From positions 5,082,389 to 5,146,388 of the forward strand of contig NW_003314262.1 in assembly GCF_000143415.4 (NCBI RefSeq): DNA of 64,000 nt, in the 5' to 3' direction. Both the position numbers and the translations under genes were made by a program. Source of the DNA: Selaginella moellendorffii (lineage: Eukaryota > Plantae > Lycopodiophyta). Positions 47,931 to 61,000 of this stretch are shown here, piece by piece. The notes beneath the pieces were generated by a model that worked only from the letters and a program-made list of their open reading frames with translations, was not told the origin of the DNA and made no database searches. Position 1 is the stretch's first letter. The number at the start of each line of letters is the position of its first letter.

Positions 47931-50193
47931 ATGGCTTCTTCTTCCACGATCGCCATAGGTTTGCTTCGATTCCGGGCGGCATTTAGTTTCTCATGATCTC
48001 GTTCTGTGTGCAGGCAACTGCTCGGTGGAGATTTCCGGCGACATCGATTACGAGAAGAATGGGAGGAGGGTTTCTTTCAGCATTCCTGGATTGGGGACTG
48101 TTCGTGTGAGCGCTGCCGGTAAGTTGCTAAGGCTAATCCTGCAGTTAAAGCGCACGGATTCCGGTTTTCTTACAGATTCAACCAGCATTGTTCCTGTCAA
48201 TCCCAATGCTCTTGACAGTGGTTAGTTCTATAGACTAAATGTTAGTTCTTGTGAGCATCGTGTGTTCATCCATCGTCTTACAGCTCGAACCAGCATTGTT
48301 CCTGTCCATCCTAATGCCCTTGACAGTGGTCAGCTCTATAGACTAAATGTTTGTTCTTGTGAGCATCGTGTGTTGTTCTTACAGCTCCAACCAGCATTGT
48401 TCCTCTCAATCCCGTAGCTCTTGATACCACAGGGCAGCAGCTCCTGGAGGTATGCTTCCTTTCGTTTTAACGCCCTAGTTAACTTGGATCCATCTTCTCA
48501 AACGGCAGGACGCTCTCGACCTTTACACCAGCGAATTTTCTACGTCGTGCGGTGCTTACATTTTTGGATGTGTGAAAGATGGAAAGAACGTCACTCTGGT
48601 CCTCGCGGAACACCAACACGCAAGTCACCAAACTCTAAGAGTTATTGATGCTTATGCTTTGTTTTCCTTTACAGGTAGTCGCCGCAATGACTTACCAAAT
48701 ATCTTTCTCAGACGAGCTTTGTGCTGTGGTTTTACTATCTGCCGTACGAAGTAGTCACCAACGGAAGGCATGTTTCCTATATTCTTTGCGGTAGTCTTTT
48801 AGCTTTTTAATTGTCGTTCTCTCATTCTATAGGGGTTAGGGACACGTTTGTGCATCGAGTTCCAGAGAAGGCTGTGTGATATAGGCGTATCAACAGTGTA
48901 CTGTTTTGCTGGCAGGTCCGAGTCCTTCTGGTCTAAACAGGCAATCTCTTCTGAAAAATATGTGGATATGTATTCATTGCTATGTTTGAAGCAGGGATTT
49001 AAACCGTTGGCTGATGGTAGCACGAAACCAAAGTTTGCTGAACCGCTAGCGTCGTTTTTTACAAGTGATACCAAAGTGATGATTTTTGAGAAGTTTCCTC
49101 GAGCAGTTCAAGGTTCAACTAAACCATCTTCAACGCAGCAACATGCAATGCAACAACATACTGGTAAAACTTGCGGTTCGTAGTTGTTTTTCTTTACGGG
49201 ATGCTTTCAGATCCCCCCGGGACTTCAAAGGCCGTAAGGAAAAAGGGCACTAGCAAAAGAAAACGGAACGAAAAGGGTGATCCCTCCTGCCAACCGTTAC
49301 TTGCATTTTCTCAGCCACCTCGTGATTCTCCAGACACTGCAGCTGGAAAGAATGTGGAACCAATCCAGACATGCGGGGAAAGAAGTCCAGTGGTTTTGTT
49401 TATGAATATGGCTGACGAGCAGCGCAAGCGACAACTAACCAAGGTGCAAAGCTACCGGTTTACAAGCTTTGAATCAAGAGGTATCTGTTTGCAGTTTGTC
49501 GAAACGCTTGGAGGGCAAGTTACAGATACAGGAAGCAAGTGCACTCACGTCTTGACAGGCCAAGTTCGACGAACTATGAACTTCTGTGCAGCTGTTTCTG
49601 TCGGGTAAATTGTAATTGTTTTTCTCTAAATTGTGTGAAATGTCTATGTGATAGAGCCTGGATTTTATCGCCAGAATGGTTACGATCAAGTGTCGAAGCT
49701 AAAACATTCGTAGGTAAGAACTTTGGAAAGAACATTTTTTGATCGATAAACTTTGATGATCAGATCCTATTCCTTTCGTTCTGGAGGATGCTGACTTCAA
49801 GGCAAACTATAACACTGACGTCGCAAGCGTGATCAAACGCGCAAGAGCGAAGCCACTGTTTCAAGGATTACAAGCTTGTCTGACCCCTCATATCGATCAA
49901 GTTCTCCGTGAGCTTATCGAATCTGGCTGTGGCAAGGTATGCTTTTTCCTAGCTTCATGGGAAACGAATATGATCGTTTTCATTTGCAGGTCGTGTCCCG
50001 GATTGAGGAGCTTACTATGCCAGTGTCAAAATCATTCGTCATCTCTTGCAAAGCCGATGCCATGCAAGCTAGAAACGCTTCAAGCGTCGGGCTTCGAGTC
50101 TTTGACACGGAATGGCTGATTCGCTCTGTAATGAAACAAGAGCTGGATATTGAGGTCAAGGACGACCTGACGATTGTCACCACGGTTACTTAG
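47931..50193 (+). CDS. GNAT N-acetyltransferase plus tandem BRCT domain protein (At2g41450-like), multi-exon
   Basis: KGLGTRLCIEFQRRLCDIGVSTVYCFAGRSESFWSKQ (GNAT). VLFMNMADE, CTHVLTGQVRRTMNFCAAVSVG, AWILSPEWLRSS, FDTEWLIRSVMKQELD (BRCT). 3' end uncertain. Confidence 0.8.
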
Positions 50194-52191
50194 CTACGAA
50201 GCGTCATCCTTTTTTTCGTTCGGGGATTTTTTAAGCTCTTTTTCCCATTTTTCTCTCAGTGTTTGATTTTATTTGCAAGTAATAAATTCACCAACAAGAA
50301 GATTGTATCAAGTAGCAGAATATTATGAAGAAAAGAAAAAATATCTTACAGTCCACATTAGAAACTCAAGATTATTACTCTTGAAGTTTGACAGCCGAGT
50401 TCAACACAGTGGAAGGATCAAAGGCACGAAAAATGATATATAGTATAGTATAGTATGGATTTTGGTTAAGGCTTGATTGAGGTAGCATTTCATTAAGTTC
50501 TTATAGATTTATGTATGAATTAAAAAATAATAATTAATAATAATAATAATAGTTATTTAGTCATTGTAATGCAAAAGTATATATTTTTGCATTAGAATTA
50601 CTCCTAAATCATAAAGTACCTAAATGGCAAATCACGTGTCTTTGGACCTCATAAATAGTGTCATCCCAATAAACATTAAAACTACAATCATAAATTCTTT
50701 TCTATATTATAAATTATTATTTTATAAATTATGAATTATTTCCTATAGGGCATATATGTTCTAATTCTTGTTATCTACTTTTTAATTTTAAATTATAGGT
50801 AGTAAGTCTTTCTGAATATCCAACTATTGTCTTTCAAATAAGAGAAAGAAAAATAAATTATTCATTACTTTTCCAAAAACAGTGTAACTGTTGTATTTGA
50901 GGCAACAACCAGGCTATTAGTGTGTTTCAGAACCTTAGGACAAACAAGAAATAAGGGGGGGAAGGGTGATTATTTTACTAATCAACATTATTAACCAATC
51001 AGTTAATCAACCTTAATCCATACCTATTAACTTCCTCTTAGAATATTTCTAAATAATGTCTTTAATATTTTGTTGCATTAATCTGCATAATTTTAACTAT
51101 TATATCTACATTTGAAAATGTGGTGCAAACTCTTGAACTATTATTAGATTTGAATTTGATTGGAAATGAATTTGTTGGTAGACAACACATTCCCTACTAC
51201 TACAAACCAATTAACACCAGCTGAACAAGTATTTTATCTTATGGTCTTTAGTACATATTGTAGCAAATGCATCAAAAGGGAAGGCTCAAAAGTAGTGATT
51301 GAGAGGACAAAAGAAATAGCTAAAAAAATTAAGATTGAGTGGAAACACCAAAAGGAAGTCACTGATAAGAAAGTGTATTTATTTGAGAACTTAGAGCCAG
51401 GGAGGTGGTGAATGCTAAAACTGAGGCTCATGTGCCAAACAATAGCAGCTAAATTACCAAAAAAAAATTAAAAAAATTAAAAAAATGAATATATACAAAT
51501 AGTTGAGAGGTTGATTGTGAGTGACACATGCTAGAAGGAATTCATTTTTGGTCATGAAATAAATAATTACTAAAATAGTGAGAAGATAATACACATAATT
51601 GGATAGGAGTAATATTTCCTAATAAGCTTAGACAAGGATCTATTCATCTAGAACAAAGGGAAAATATATGTCCTTTAGAAAAGATTTGTTTTTATATTAT
51701 AGAAATTTTCATATATCTTAGTGCTTTCTTTGATGGGGATAAGGAATATCATGGATAGATATTCCTTTCTCTGGGGTAGGCCTTCCCTTAAAATCTTGCT
51801 AGTATGGCATATAAAAATTTTCTCTAAGCAATGTAAAACTTAAAAGAAAAGAAAAGAAAGGGTAAATACTTTAAAAGTAATATTAGATGACCTAGGTAAT
51901 TTGGAAGCAATTAGGGCATTTCTTTTTCTCTCTCACTCGCTTTATGCCTACGCCTCTATCAAGATGTGCTAACACTCCAAGCGTAGCTCTAAAGTTATGT
52001 ACAATAGCTTAAACATCACCTAGGGTTGTGCAAGAACAAATGCCATTGCTACCTTCTACTAGATCAAGCACACCCTCAATTGGGTGGAGTGATCTTGTCC
52101 TCACACCACTGCCATAAACTGTCGACTCCACTTTCAAAGCATTATTGACACAAGATTCCACTTGGGCATCTCCGTTGGCACTGCACTCTAT

Positions 52192-53562
52192 TGTGAGACA
52201 CAAAATCCCTAGGCCCCAAAGTGGAGTTGGAAGGGTGCCATGTGGTAGTGGCTGAAGCGAAAACCAAACAAGCGTAACACGTTTGGACTAAAAGCTCCAA
52301 TTTGAAAGGTCGAGAGTGGGAGTGGAACTCTCAACGAAGTGCTCAAGGAACAAGCACGAAGCAAGCAATAAGTGAGTCTCTAGAAAAGGGACACTAGAGG
52401 ACCAACACATGACACGTGGTAGAGTCCGAGATGGAGTTCAAGATGGAGTCCGAGATGGAGTTCGAGATGGAGTCCGAGATGGACCCAAGATGGAGTCCGA
52501 GATGGACCCAAGATGGAGTCCGAGATGGACCGAGACGGAGTCCGAGATGGAGTCCGAGATGGACCTGAGATGGAATCCAAGATGGAGTCCGAGAAGGACC
52601 CGAGATGGAGTCTGAAGTCAAGACTAAGACAGGGACCGAGACCGGGACTGAGACCGAGACCGAGACCAAGGCCGAGACTGAGGCCAAGGCTAAGGCCGAG
52701 ACCGAGCCCGAGCCCAAGTCCGAGTCCAAGTCCGAGTTCGAGTCTGAGAGGGTGAAAACCCAAAGTGTTTGTCTCCCAGACCCTAGGGGGTTTGGTGAGC
52801 TCCAAAACTATAGTAGGGGGAGGACTGTAGTGGAGCTAGTGTTTGGCCAGGAAAGGCCAGTTCGGCCCAAGAAGGCTGTACCCAATGTTGGGTGATGAGC
52901 TGCCCATTGGAAAGTCCAAGACTAGAGTGAACACGGACTGACAAGGGGGGTAGCTTAGTGAAGTGTTCAAGAGCTGGCTCTAGTTCCCCCGGGAGATCGA
53001 CTAGCTGATGCTCCCAGTCCAAGTGTGGGTGGCACTACCTACTTGGATACCAGGTGTGGCTCAACGAAACCTCACTCTAAGCCCATGGCTAGAGCACACA
53101 AAAGCGGAAGGCGGGGAGAGTACCCAGGAGGCCCGCATAGGGCCGCAGTGTTTCAAAATGTTGTCCCAAAGTCTCAGACTATGGAAAGGAAGATGAGTAG
53201 CCCTCTAGTGCGGTGACCAAGGGCATAGTCACATGGTGAGGAAGTCCCAAAGGACCATGGGACTTAGTGGTCAAGCCTATGAGCCTTGATCCAATGGCAG
53301 TATTGGCGAGCATGGCCATGGACAGAAAGGGACTTGGTGAGGACCGGAAAGGGGATATTGGGGAAGGCTATTCCCCATGTTTGTAAGCATCTTAAAGATG
53401 CTAAGGAGTGGATCTGGGATGACCACTCATGGACAGAAGGCCTAGTCTTGGAGACACAGGGTTGCAATACAAGTGGTGTTGGACCACCAATGTGACCAAG
53501 GTGAATGGGCATGGCCTAGTGTAACGGACTGGTATATTGATGGTATCTTGGGTGTCGGTCAT
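52192..53562 (+). mobile_element. Family-B LTR, interrupted by a family-A element
   Basis: Starts TGTGAGACACAAAAT (reverse complement of the 58587 end); collinear with the minus strand of ~57045-58587. Confidence 0.85.
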
Positions 53563-56069
53563 TGTAGCGCATGTGGTTTTGACCCTTTATTCTATGGTGA
53601 TTTACCATAGGATAACACCACAAAGCAGAACCTAAACCCTCTTTATGCCACGTGTTATATGCCACGTGTCCAAAGGACAGTGGTGTGGAACCCGAGGTTC
53701 AGGGCCTTGGGCCATTGAGTGAAGGAACGGTGCCAAACTCCCAAGCTTGGAGCCAAGGAGTGATGGAACCGAACCACGGAGCAACTCCCGAGCATACAGC
53801 CCAAGGAGCCAAGGGACAGGAGCCTGGAGCGACTTGGAACAGTCCTGGAGCAACCAGCATCCTAATGCCAGGACTAGCACACAAAACGGAGCCAAACGGA
53901 GTCTGGCGCTATTTCGGCATACCGGTGGCCTAATGTGAGGATATGGGTACTCCACCAGCTAGCATGGAATGGAACTTGGGCTTAGACCCAAGCCGGACGC
54001 AGAACAAGGACAGGCACGCAAGCGGGAGCTAGACTATGCCTTAGGTTGGTCAGCCATGCCCCACCTACCTACTATCCCTACTATACATTTGGTCCTCCCC
54101 CCCCCCCCCCCCCCCTTGAGGAACACACGCTTTGGGCTTTCACCCGAAGCCTCCTTTAGTATCAGGAGTTAGTCTTTGGGACAAGCTCAAAACTTACTAA
54201 ATATGGAATGTCTCTAGATTGCGAATTTGGACACGGGATGAACACCATTGTGTTCAGAATGATCTCTACATTCCGTAGATATGCCAAATGAGCAAATCTG
54301 GACACTTTCCATAAATAGCATCTGGGACGAATTGAGACTAACACAAAGGGCATGATAGCGAGGGTGTTTGGCAGACACGGTAAGCTATCATCTAGCGATA
54401 TTGAGGGACCAATCTCAATATCGCGGGGGTTCTTGATACTAGCAAGTGCAAGCCAATAACAGGAGTTTCTCAAACCGGGCTGAGTATGCTCAGCAAGAAA
54501 CACATAGGGTTCCTACCTTATGTTTATTCGATATAAGTACACGGTCATTGACCAGTTTTTTAACTAGCTCAAGTGGGAAACTGATAATGGGCCCAGCAAT
54601 ACCGACCTCCTGCCATCGTGGCAGTAAAGAAAGAATATCTAAAAGAACTAGCCGACAGGTAACTTTCGATACCCGAAGTCACATTTGCGACACTCTCCCC
54701 CCCTTGGGAAGATCGACATCCTCGTCGATACATACTCGAGTCTAGAATACCGCCAAGTAAACAACTCCAGAAAAAGTTCACGGTACTCACACTATGTGAG
54801 AAATGCACCAACTTAAATGAGTTAGGGGGCAACCTCTTTGTCTAACGTGGATGCGCTACCAACTCAGACACCTTCCGGCCGTCGCCGACAAGGAAATGAC
54901 CAACGGAGTCAACCACCCTTGTTGCTTTGGGTGTCACCCAGCTACAAAAGTGTGATACGCCCTTGCCTGCAGAGACATAGAGAGAGAAGCTAGAGGCCCT
55001 AACCCTCCTGAGCAAAGAAACCAAACCCGTCGGCAAGGTTTAGATAGACTACTGTAAACAGGCAGTTAGAGTTGTTTACACGGTCACGCCCTTTCAACGG
55101 AATAAGGAACATTGACAGAGAGGCGGGTTATGTGACCAGTCAACAGTAGCTACCCCATGACTAGAGATTTCACCATGCACACGAAGTGCCGAAGCTAGTT
55201 TGCTTATACTGGCCCAAACTCAAAGATCAATATATGGACTATATCAAAGTCATAGACAATGATATCATAGAGTCGTAATTATCAGTGAATAAAGCGTAAA
55301 TTAGAACACAAAAGTATTCCAAGTAAGTTATCATCCAATAAACCAATATTACAGTATAGGAACCACCAAGATCATTATAATTGGTAAACATAGGAATCAC
55401 CATCCAACAAAATTCAATAGCAAGTATATCATCAATGAAACTCAATGATGAAACTTAACTACCGAAGATGGCAGACAGCATGCCAAACAACTTACCAAAG
55501 ATAACTCAAAGAACACAAAGTATCATCAACTGGCAAGCAAGATGCTCGCGAATGTATCACCCAAAGGAAATAACATCATAATCTATCAGAACTTAACCCG
55601 AGCAATAATCAACTAAATAGAATGAATGTGGCAAGACTAACAAACACTTATTCATGCCAACTATCACACTAGCCAATCCGAATAGATCCCAGCCAACAAC
55701 ACCAAGGGACTTAAAGTGCCTAAGCAAGTGTTAGCAACATCCTAGTGATGTCTCAACCCAAGAGACCAATCCAAAGCAAATCACAAAGAACATGTGAAAT
55801 TGGGAAAAACCGTAAGCCATCAAAGAGAATAATTAACCATCATGAAAGATCATTAATCATTCCATCAATAGAGAAAATGCATAATCGTCATCGAAGAAAG
55901 AATCCACCATCCCGAAGAATGGCAAATCATTCTAGATCAACGATAATCAAGCAAAACCTTTGACAAGGATAATCAACTACCCTAGATGATAGTCAATCAT
56001 CACTAATGATTGTTAGATGCAACGACCAACTTCAATATCGAAGCTAATGAGCCAAAATGCCTTCCCCAA
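53563..56069 (-). mobile_element. Family-A LTR element: 3' LTR (53563-54692), PPT and 1.4 kb of interior
   Basis: Collinear with 11056-~13583. Confidence 0.9.
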
Positions 56070-56859
56070 TGTTGTGAATGTGACTTTGGGTATCGAAAGT
56101 TACCTGTCGACTAGTCCTTACGGACACTCTTACCTTACTGCCACGATGGCAGGAGGTCGGTATTGCTGGACCCGTTATCAGTCTCCGCCTAAGCTAGTTG
56201 AGAAACTAGTCCTCGCGTGTGCACTTGACCAGATGAGCATAAGGAAGGAATTCCTAAGTGTTTATTTAGTCAAGCATACTTGACCTGGTTAGAGAAACTC
56301 ATTCGTTGACTTGCACTTGCTAGTGTTGGGAACTCCCGCGATATTAAGCTTGGTCCCTCAATATTGCTAGATGATAGCTTACCGTGTCTGCCAAACACCC
56401 TCGCTATCATGCCCTTTGTGTTAGTCTCATTTCGGTCCCAAATGCTATTTATGGAAAGTGTCCAAATTTTCTCATTTGGCATATCTATGGAATGTAGAGA
56501 TTGGCCTGAACACAATGGTGTTCGTCCCGTATCCAAATTCGCAATTTAAGGACATTCCATATTTAGTAAGTTTCAAGCTTGTCCCAAAGACTAACTCCTG
56601 ATACTAAGGGAGGCTTGGGGTGAAAGCCCAAAGCGTGTGTTCCTCAAGCACTGTGGGGGGTTCCAAATGTATAGTAGGGATAGTGGGTAGGTTGGGCATG
56701 GCCGACCAACCTGAGGCATAGTCTAGCTCCCGCTTGCATGCTTGTCCTTGTTCTACGTTCGGCTTGGGTTTAAGCCCAAGTTCCATTCCATGCTAGCTGG
56801 TGGAGTACCCATATCCTCATGTTAGGCCATCGGTATGCCGAAATAGCACTAGACTTTAT
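56070..56859 (+). mobile_element. Family-A LTR in opposite orientation, interrupted by a family-B element
   Basis: Begins TGTTGTGAATGTGAC, the reverse complement of the family-A LTR end; matches ~11410-12203 on the other strand. Confidence 0.88.
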
Positions 56860-57979
56860 TGTAAACGACTAATTTTTCCATTCTACTTTAGTCACTTAAC
56901 CACACCTTCGACCACTTGGAGGGGTCTCACTCACCACCTCCTTAAGTCCAATTCAGGACTTGGGACTTGTTAGCCCCGAGAATGGCATCCATGCCACTCA
57001 TCCCTTGCACTTAGTCCAAGTGCTCTACGTGTCCGGTCCCAAGACCAACACCCCAAGGTACCACCAACATACTAGCCCGTTACGCTAAGGCCATGCCCCT
57101 TTACCTTGGTCATACCGGTAGTCTAACACCACCTGCATCACAATCCCGTCTCTCAAGGACTGGACCATCCGTCCATGAGTGATCATTCCAGATCCACTCC
57201 TTAGCATCCTTAGGATGCCCGCAGACGTGGGGAATAGCCTTCCCCAATATCCCTTTTCTGGTCCCCACCAAGTCCCTTTCTGCCTATGGCCGTGTTCACC
57301 AACACTACCACTGGATCGAGGCCCACAGGCCCGACCACTAAGTCCCACGGTCCTCTGGGACTTCCTCACCACACGACTGTGTCCTTGGTCACTACCCCAG
57401 AGGACTACTCTTCTTCCTTTCCACAGTCTGGGCCTTTGGGACAACATTTCGGAACACTGTGGCCTTGCGCGAGCCACTTGGGTACTCTCCCCACCTTTCG
57501 CCTTTAGGTGCTCTAGCCATGGGCTTAGAGCGAGGTTCCGTTGAGCCACACCTGGTATCCAAGTAGGTAGTGCCACCCACACTTGGACTGGGAGCATCGG
57601 CCAGTCGATCTCCTAGGGGAACTAGAGCCGGCTCTTGAACACTTCACCAAGCTACCCCGCTTGTCGGTCCATATTCACTCTAGTCTTGGACTTCCCAGTG
57701 GTCAGTTCATCACCCAACACTGGGTCTGGCCTTCCTGGGCCAAACTGGCTCCACTGCAGTCCTCCCCCTTACTATACTTTTGGAGCTCACCAAACCCCCC
57801 AGGGTCTGGGAGACAAACGCTTTGGGCTTTCACCCTCTCAGACTCGAACTCGGACTCGGACTCGGACTCAGACTCGGACTTGGACTCGAACTCGGACTCG
57901 AGCTCGGGCTCAGTCTCAGCCTCGGCCTCGGTCTCGGTCTCGGTCCCGGTCCCGGTCCCGGTCTCGGTCCCGGTCTCGA

Positions 57980-58013
<34 letters not shown>

Positions 58014-61000
58014 AGTCCCGGTCTCGGTCTCGACCTCAGACTCCATCTCGGGTCCTTCTCGGACTCCATCTCGGACTCCATCTCGGACTCCGTCTCGGTC
58101 CATCTCGGACTCCATCTCGGACTTCGTCTCGGTCCATCTCGGACTCCATCTCGGGTCCATCTCGAACTCCATCTCAGACTCCATCTCGGGTCTATCTCGG
58201 ACTCCATCTTGGACTCCATCTCGGACTCCATCTCGGGTCCATCTCGGACTCCATCTCGGGTCCATCTCGAACTCCATCTTGGTCCACCTCGGACTCCATC
58301 TCAGACTCCATCTCGGACTCCATCTCGGGTCCATCTCGGACTCCATCTCGGACACTTCCATGTGTCATGTGTTGATCCTTTTTGGGTCCCTTTTTGGAGC
58401 CTTGCTTATTGCTTGCTTCGTGCTCGCTCCTTGAGCACTTTGTTGAGAGTTCCACTCCCACTCTCAACCTTCCAAGTTAAAGCTTTTAGTCCAAACGTGT
58501 TACACTCATTTGGGCTTTCGTTTCGGCCACTACCATGTGGCACCCTTTCCGGCTCCACTTTGGGGCCTAGCGATTTTGTGTCTCACAACTCCACCACCCA
58601 TAGACGAAGTTCAATGTCCTCATCGAACAGTAAACCATTTTATAAAGTAACACCCGCATGTGTTACCATTTCCATCCTTGGCACCTAGCCAATATTTGTC
58701 AATGGTTTGACATTGAAGGCTCACCATGCCTTTTCCATATTCGTCAATGGTTTGACACCAAAGGCTCACCATGCCTTGCCCATCCTCTAAGGAGGATAGT
58801 CTCTCCAACTTAGAGACTCATTTGACCACCTAGGGTGGTTTGCTCCTTTTTATTGGTTCAGTTCTCGCTAAACCCGTTAGAGACACCCTCTCTAACTCAA
58901 TTCCACTACTCATTCTTGAGTAGTCACAGATTCCATTGATCTACCTTTGCACTTTGGAACGTTTACTTTTGACTTCTTGAAGTCAATTTCCTAGGTGTCT
59001 CCGACACCTTGCCTTGCACATTTTGTGCAACTCCACTTCCCCTCCTAGAAAGTTCTCTACTCGAGGGCACCCTCATCCTCTTTTCCATTTTTGTGCCACC
59101 ATTGGCATTATGTTCCATTTATCATTATTTGTGCTAGGGTTGTCCATAGCCCTATTTTTTGGCTACTTAGTTGCTCCCTCATTTGGAGCCTTTCCTTTGC
59201 CAAATTGGAGCACTTGGGAATCCATCCTTGGAAGTCCACTTCTTTTTCCGCAATCTGTTAGCATCAAACACATGAGTGTTCCTTGGCTAACTTTGCCACT
59301 TGGATTCTTTCCAATGGATTCCACGGCCCTATCATGGGCACTCGTCTTTTGCTCCTATCCTTGGATTGTTGCACTAAGCAACATAGGATCATTACCTCCC
59401 TCTTTGAGGTAATCTTTTGGTTCCATAGTAAAGGATCTGCTTTGCCCAGACTAGGGTGTTCACCCCTAGTAAGTCTCCCCAACTATTCTAGGCTCTCTTC
59501 CCAGCCCAACCTTGTGACCCACCCATGGGCCTGTCTCTGGAGACTATTTTCTTGAACTCATAATACTATTGTATTGTAGTAGTTCATTTCCCTTAGATGT
59601 CTTTCCCACTTAGTCACCTTGACTAAGCCACACCTTTATCAATAGTTCAAATCAACACTTTGAACTAGGAATCATATTCCTTAACCCAAACAAAGACCTT
59701 ATCTTTGTTTAACTATAAGATCACCTAGTAATCTCATCTTGACCCCTTAATAGGTCTACCAATAGGAATTAGGTCTTCCAGACCTTACTAAGTTGTTGAC
59801 TATGACCCCGGGGGCATCCCCCACACTTGGCGGTGCGCCCAAGCTAGCCCTTCCGGCCAAGGATCCATAGCAACTGAAACTAGGTGTCCCCATCTCATTC
59901 ACCACGTCCTTGGTGCCCTTTGCACCAAAGTGTTCAAGTTATATATGCCGAGCTTTCACTCTAAGGAATCTAACCGTGCATCACGACTCCGGGGCATCCC
60001 CCGCTTGGCGGTGTGCCCAAGCCAATCTCCTCATTGAGAGTCTATGACCACCGAAATATGAGTGTCCTCATATTCCAAACCATCACCACGCCCTAGTGAT
60101 TTGGGACTCGAACCCAAGCACTAGAGGGTCGGGACTCGAACCCAACCTCCAAATATGCATCTACGGACGGCATCCCCCAGGATGCCTGGCGTGACTCTCC
60201 ACGCTGGTGCACCAACTTTTACTCAAAGCGCGCTATAAATCACAGCTTAGGAACCTAGTTCCTCCACACTGCCAAGTCCTCTCACTTGACAAGTCTGTGA
60301 TCATGCATGGACTCCTCCATGCTTGGCCCCATGGCCCACCCCTTTTGAAGTTATCACCTTCAACTAGGGTATTTGTTCCTCTGACTTGCCAATCTCACTT
60401 GGCAAGTCTTCCGACCACTGTAACATGGTTCCTGCACAAGCGTGAAAGCCCTTGATCATCAACTTTCGTTCAAAGCCCTCTCTTTGAACACTCGGGAACT
60501 ATTTCCCTAACCTTAATAGCCTTGCCTCATGGCAAGCTTTAAGACCACGCTTCTGCTGCGCCACTCTAATTTCATGCTTTCCTTGAACCATTTACGCTTA
60601 GCCTTTCTAGGTACTAAGCTACCTAGAATCGTCTTTGGGAACCTTGAAGGAACTCTGTCCCTTAGCTTGCTAAGGCTTCCCTTTTCGCAAGCTTTCTAGT
60701 TATTATATAGTCTAATATGGACTATTCCATATTTTAGACTCTCCATGGCATCACGGTTGCTAGCAACAACACCCTCGAGCCCCCATTTGATTCTCCATTC
60801 CCAACTGGCATAACTACTCTTGGTTATGCCCTTCGATTCCTATGGTTTGGTTCTATCCCCTTACTACTTGCTTTTGGCTTCACACCTTTCCTTCGGTCAT
60901 TCTCCTCCCGACTAGAAGGATAGCTTTGCACTTCCTATCATGCCTTAGCAAGTATTTTTAGGGATGAACCTACCTGATAGCCTAGGGAGTGGTTCCTCAA

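Noticed and set aside
52421-52745. CRISPR-like repeat array
   Set aside because: Contiguous tandem units without unique spacers, in a eukaryotic LTR.
57583-58688. Overlapping 130-300 aa ORFs (SR/GL/ES/PR-rich)
   Set aside because: By-products of stop-free tandem repeats inside LTRs; frames differ between LTR copies.
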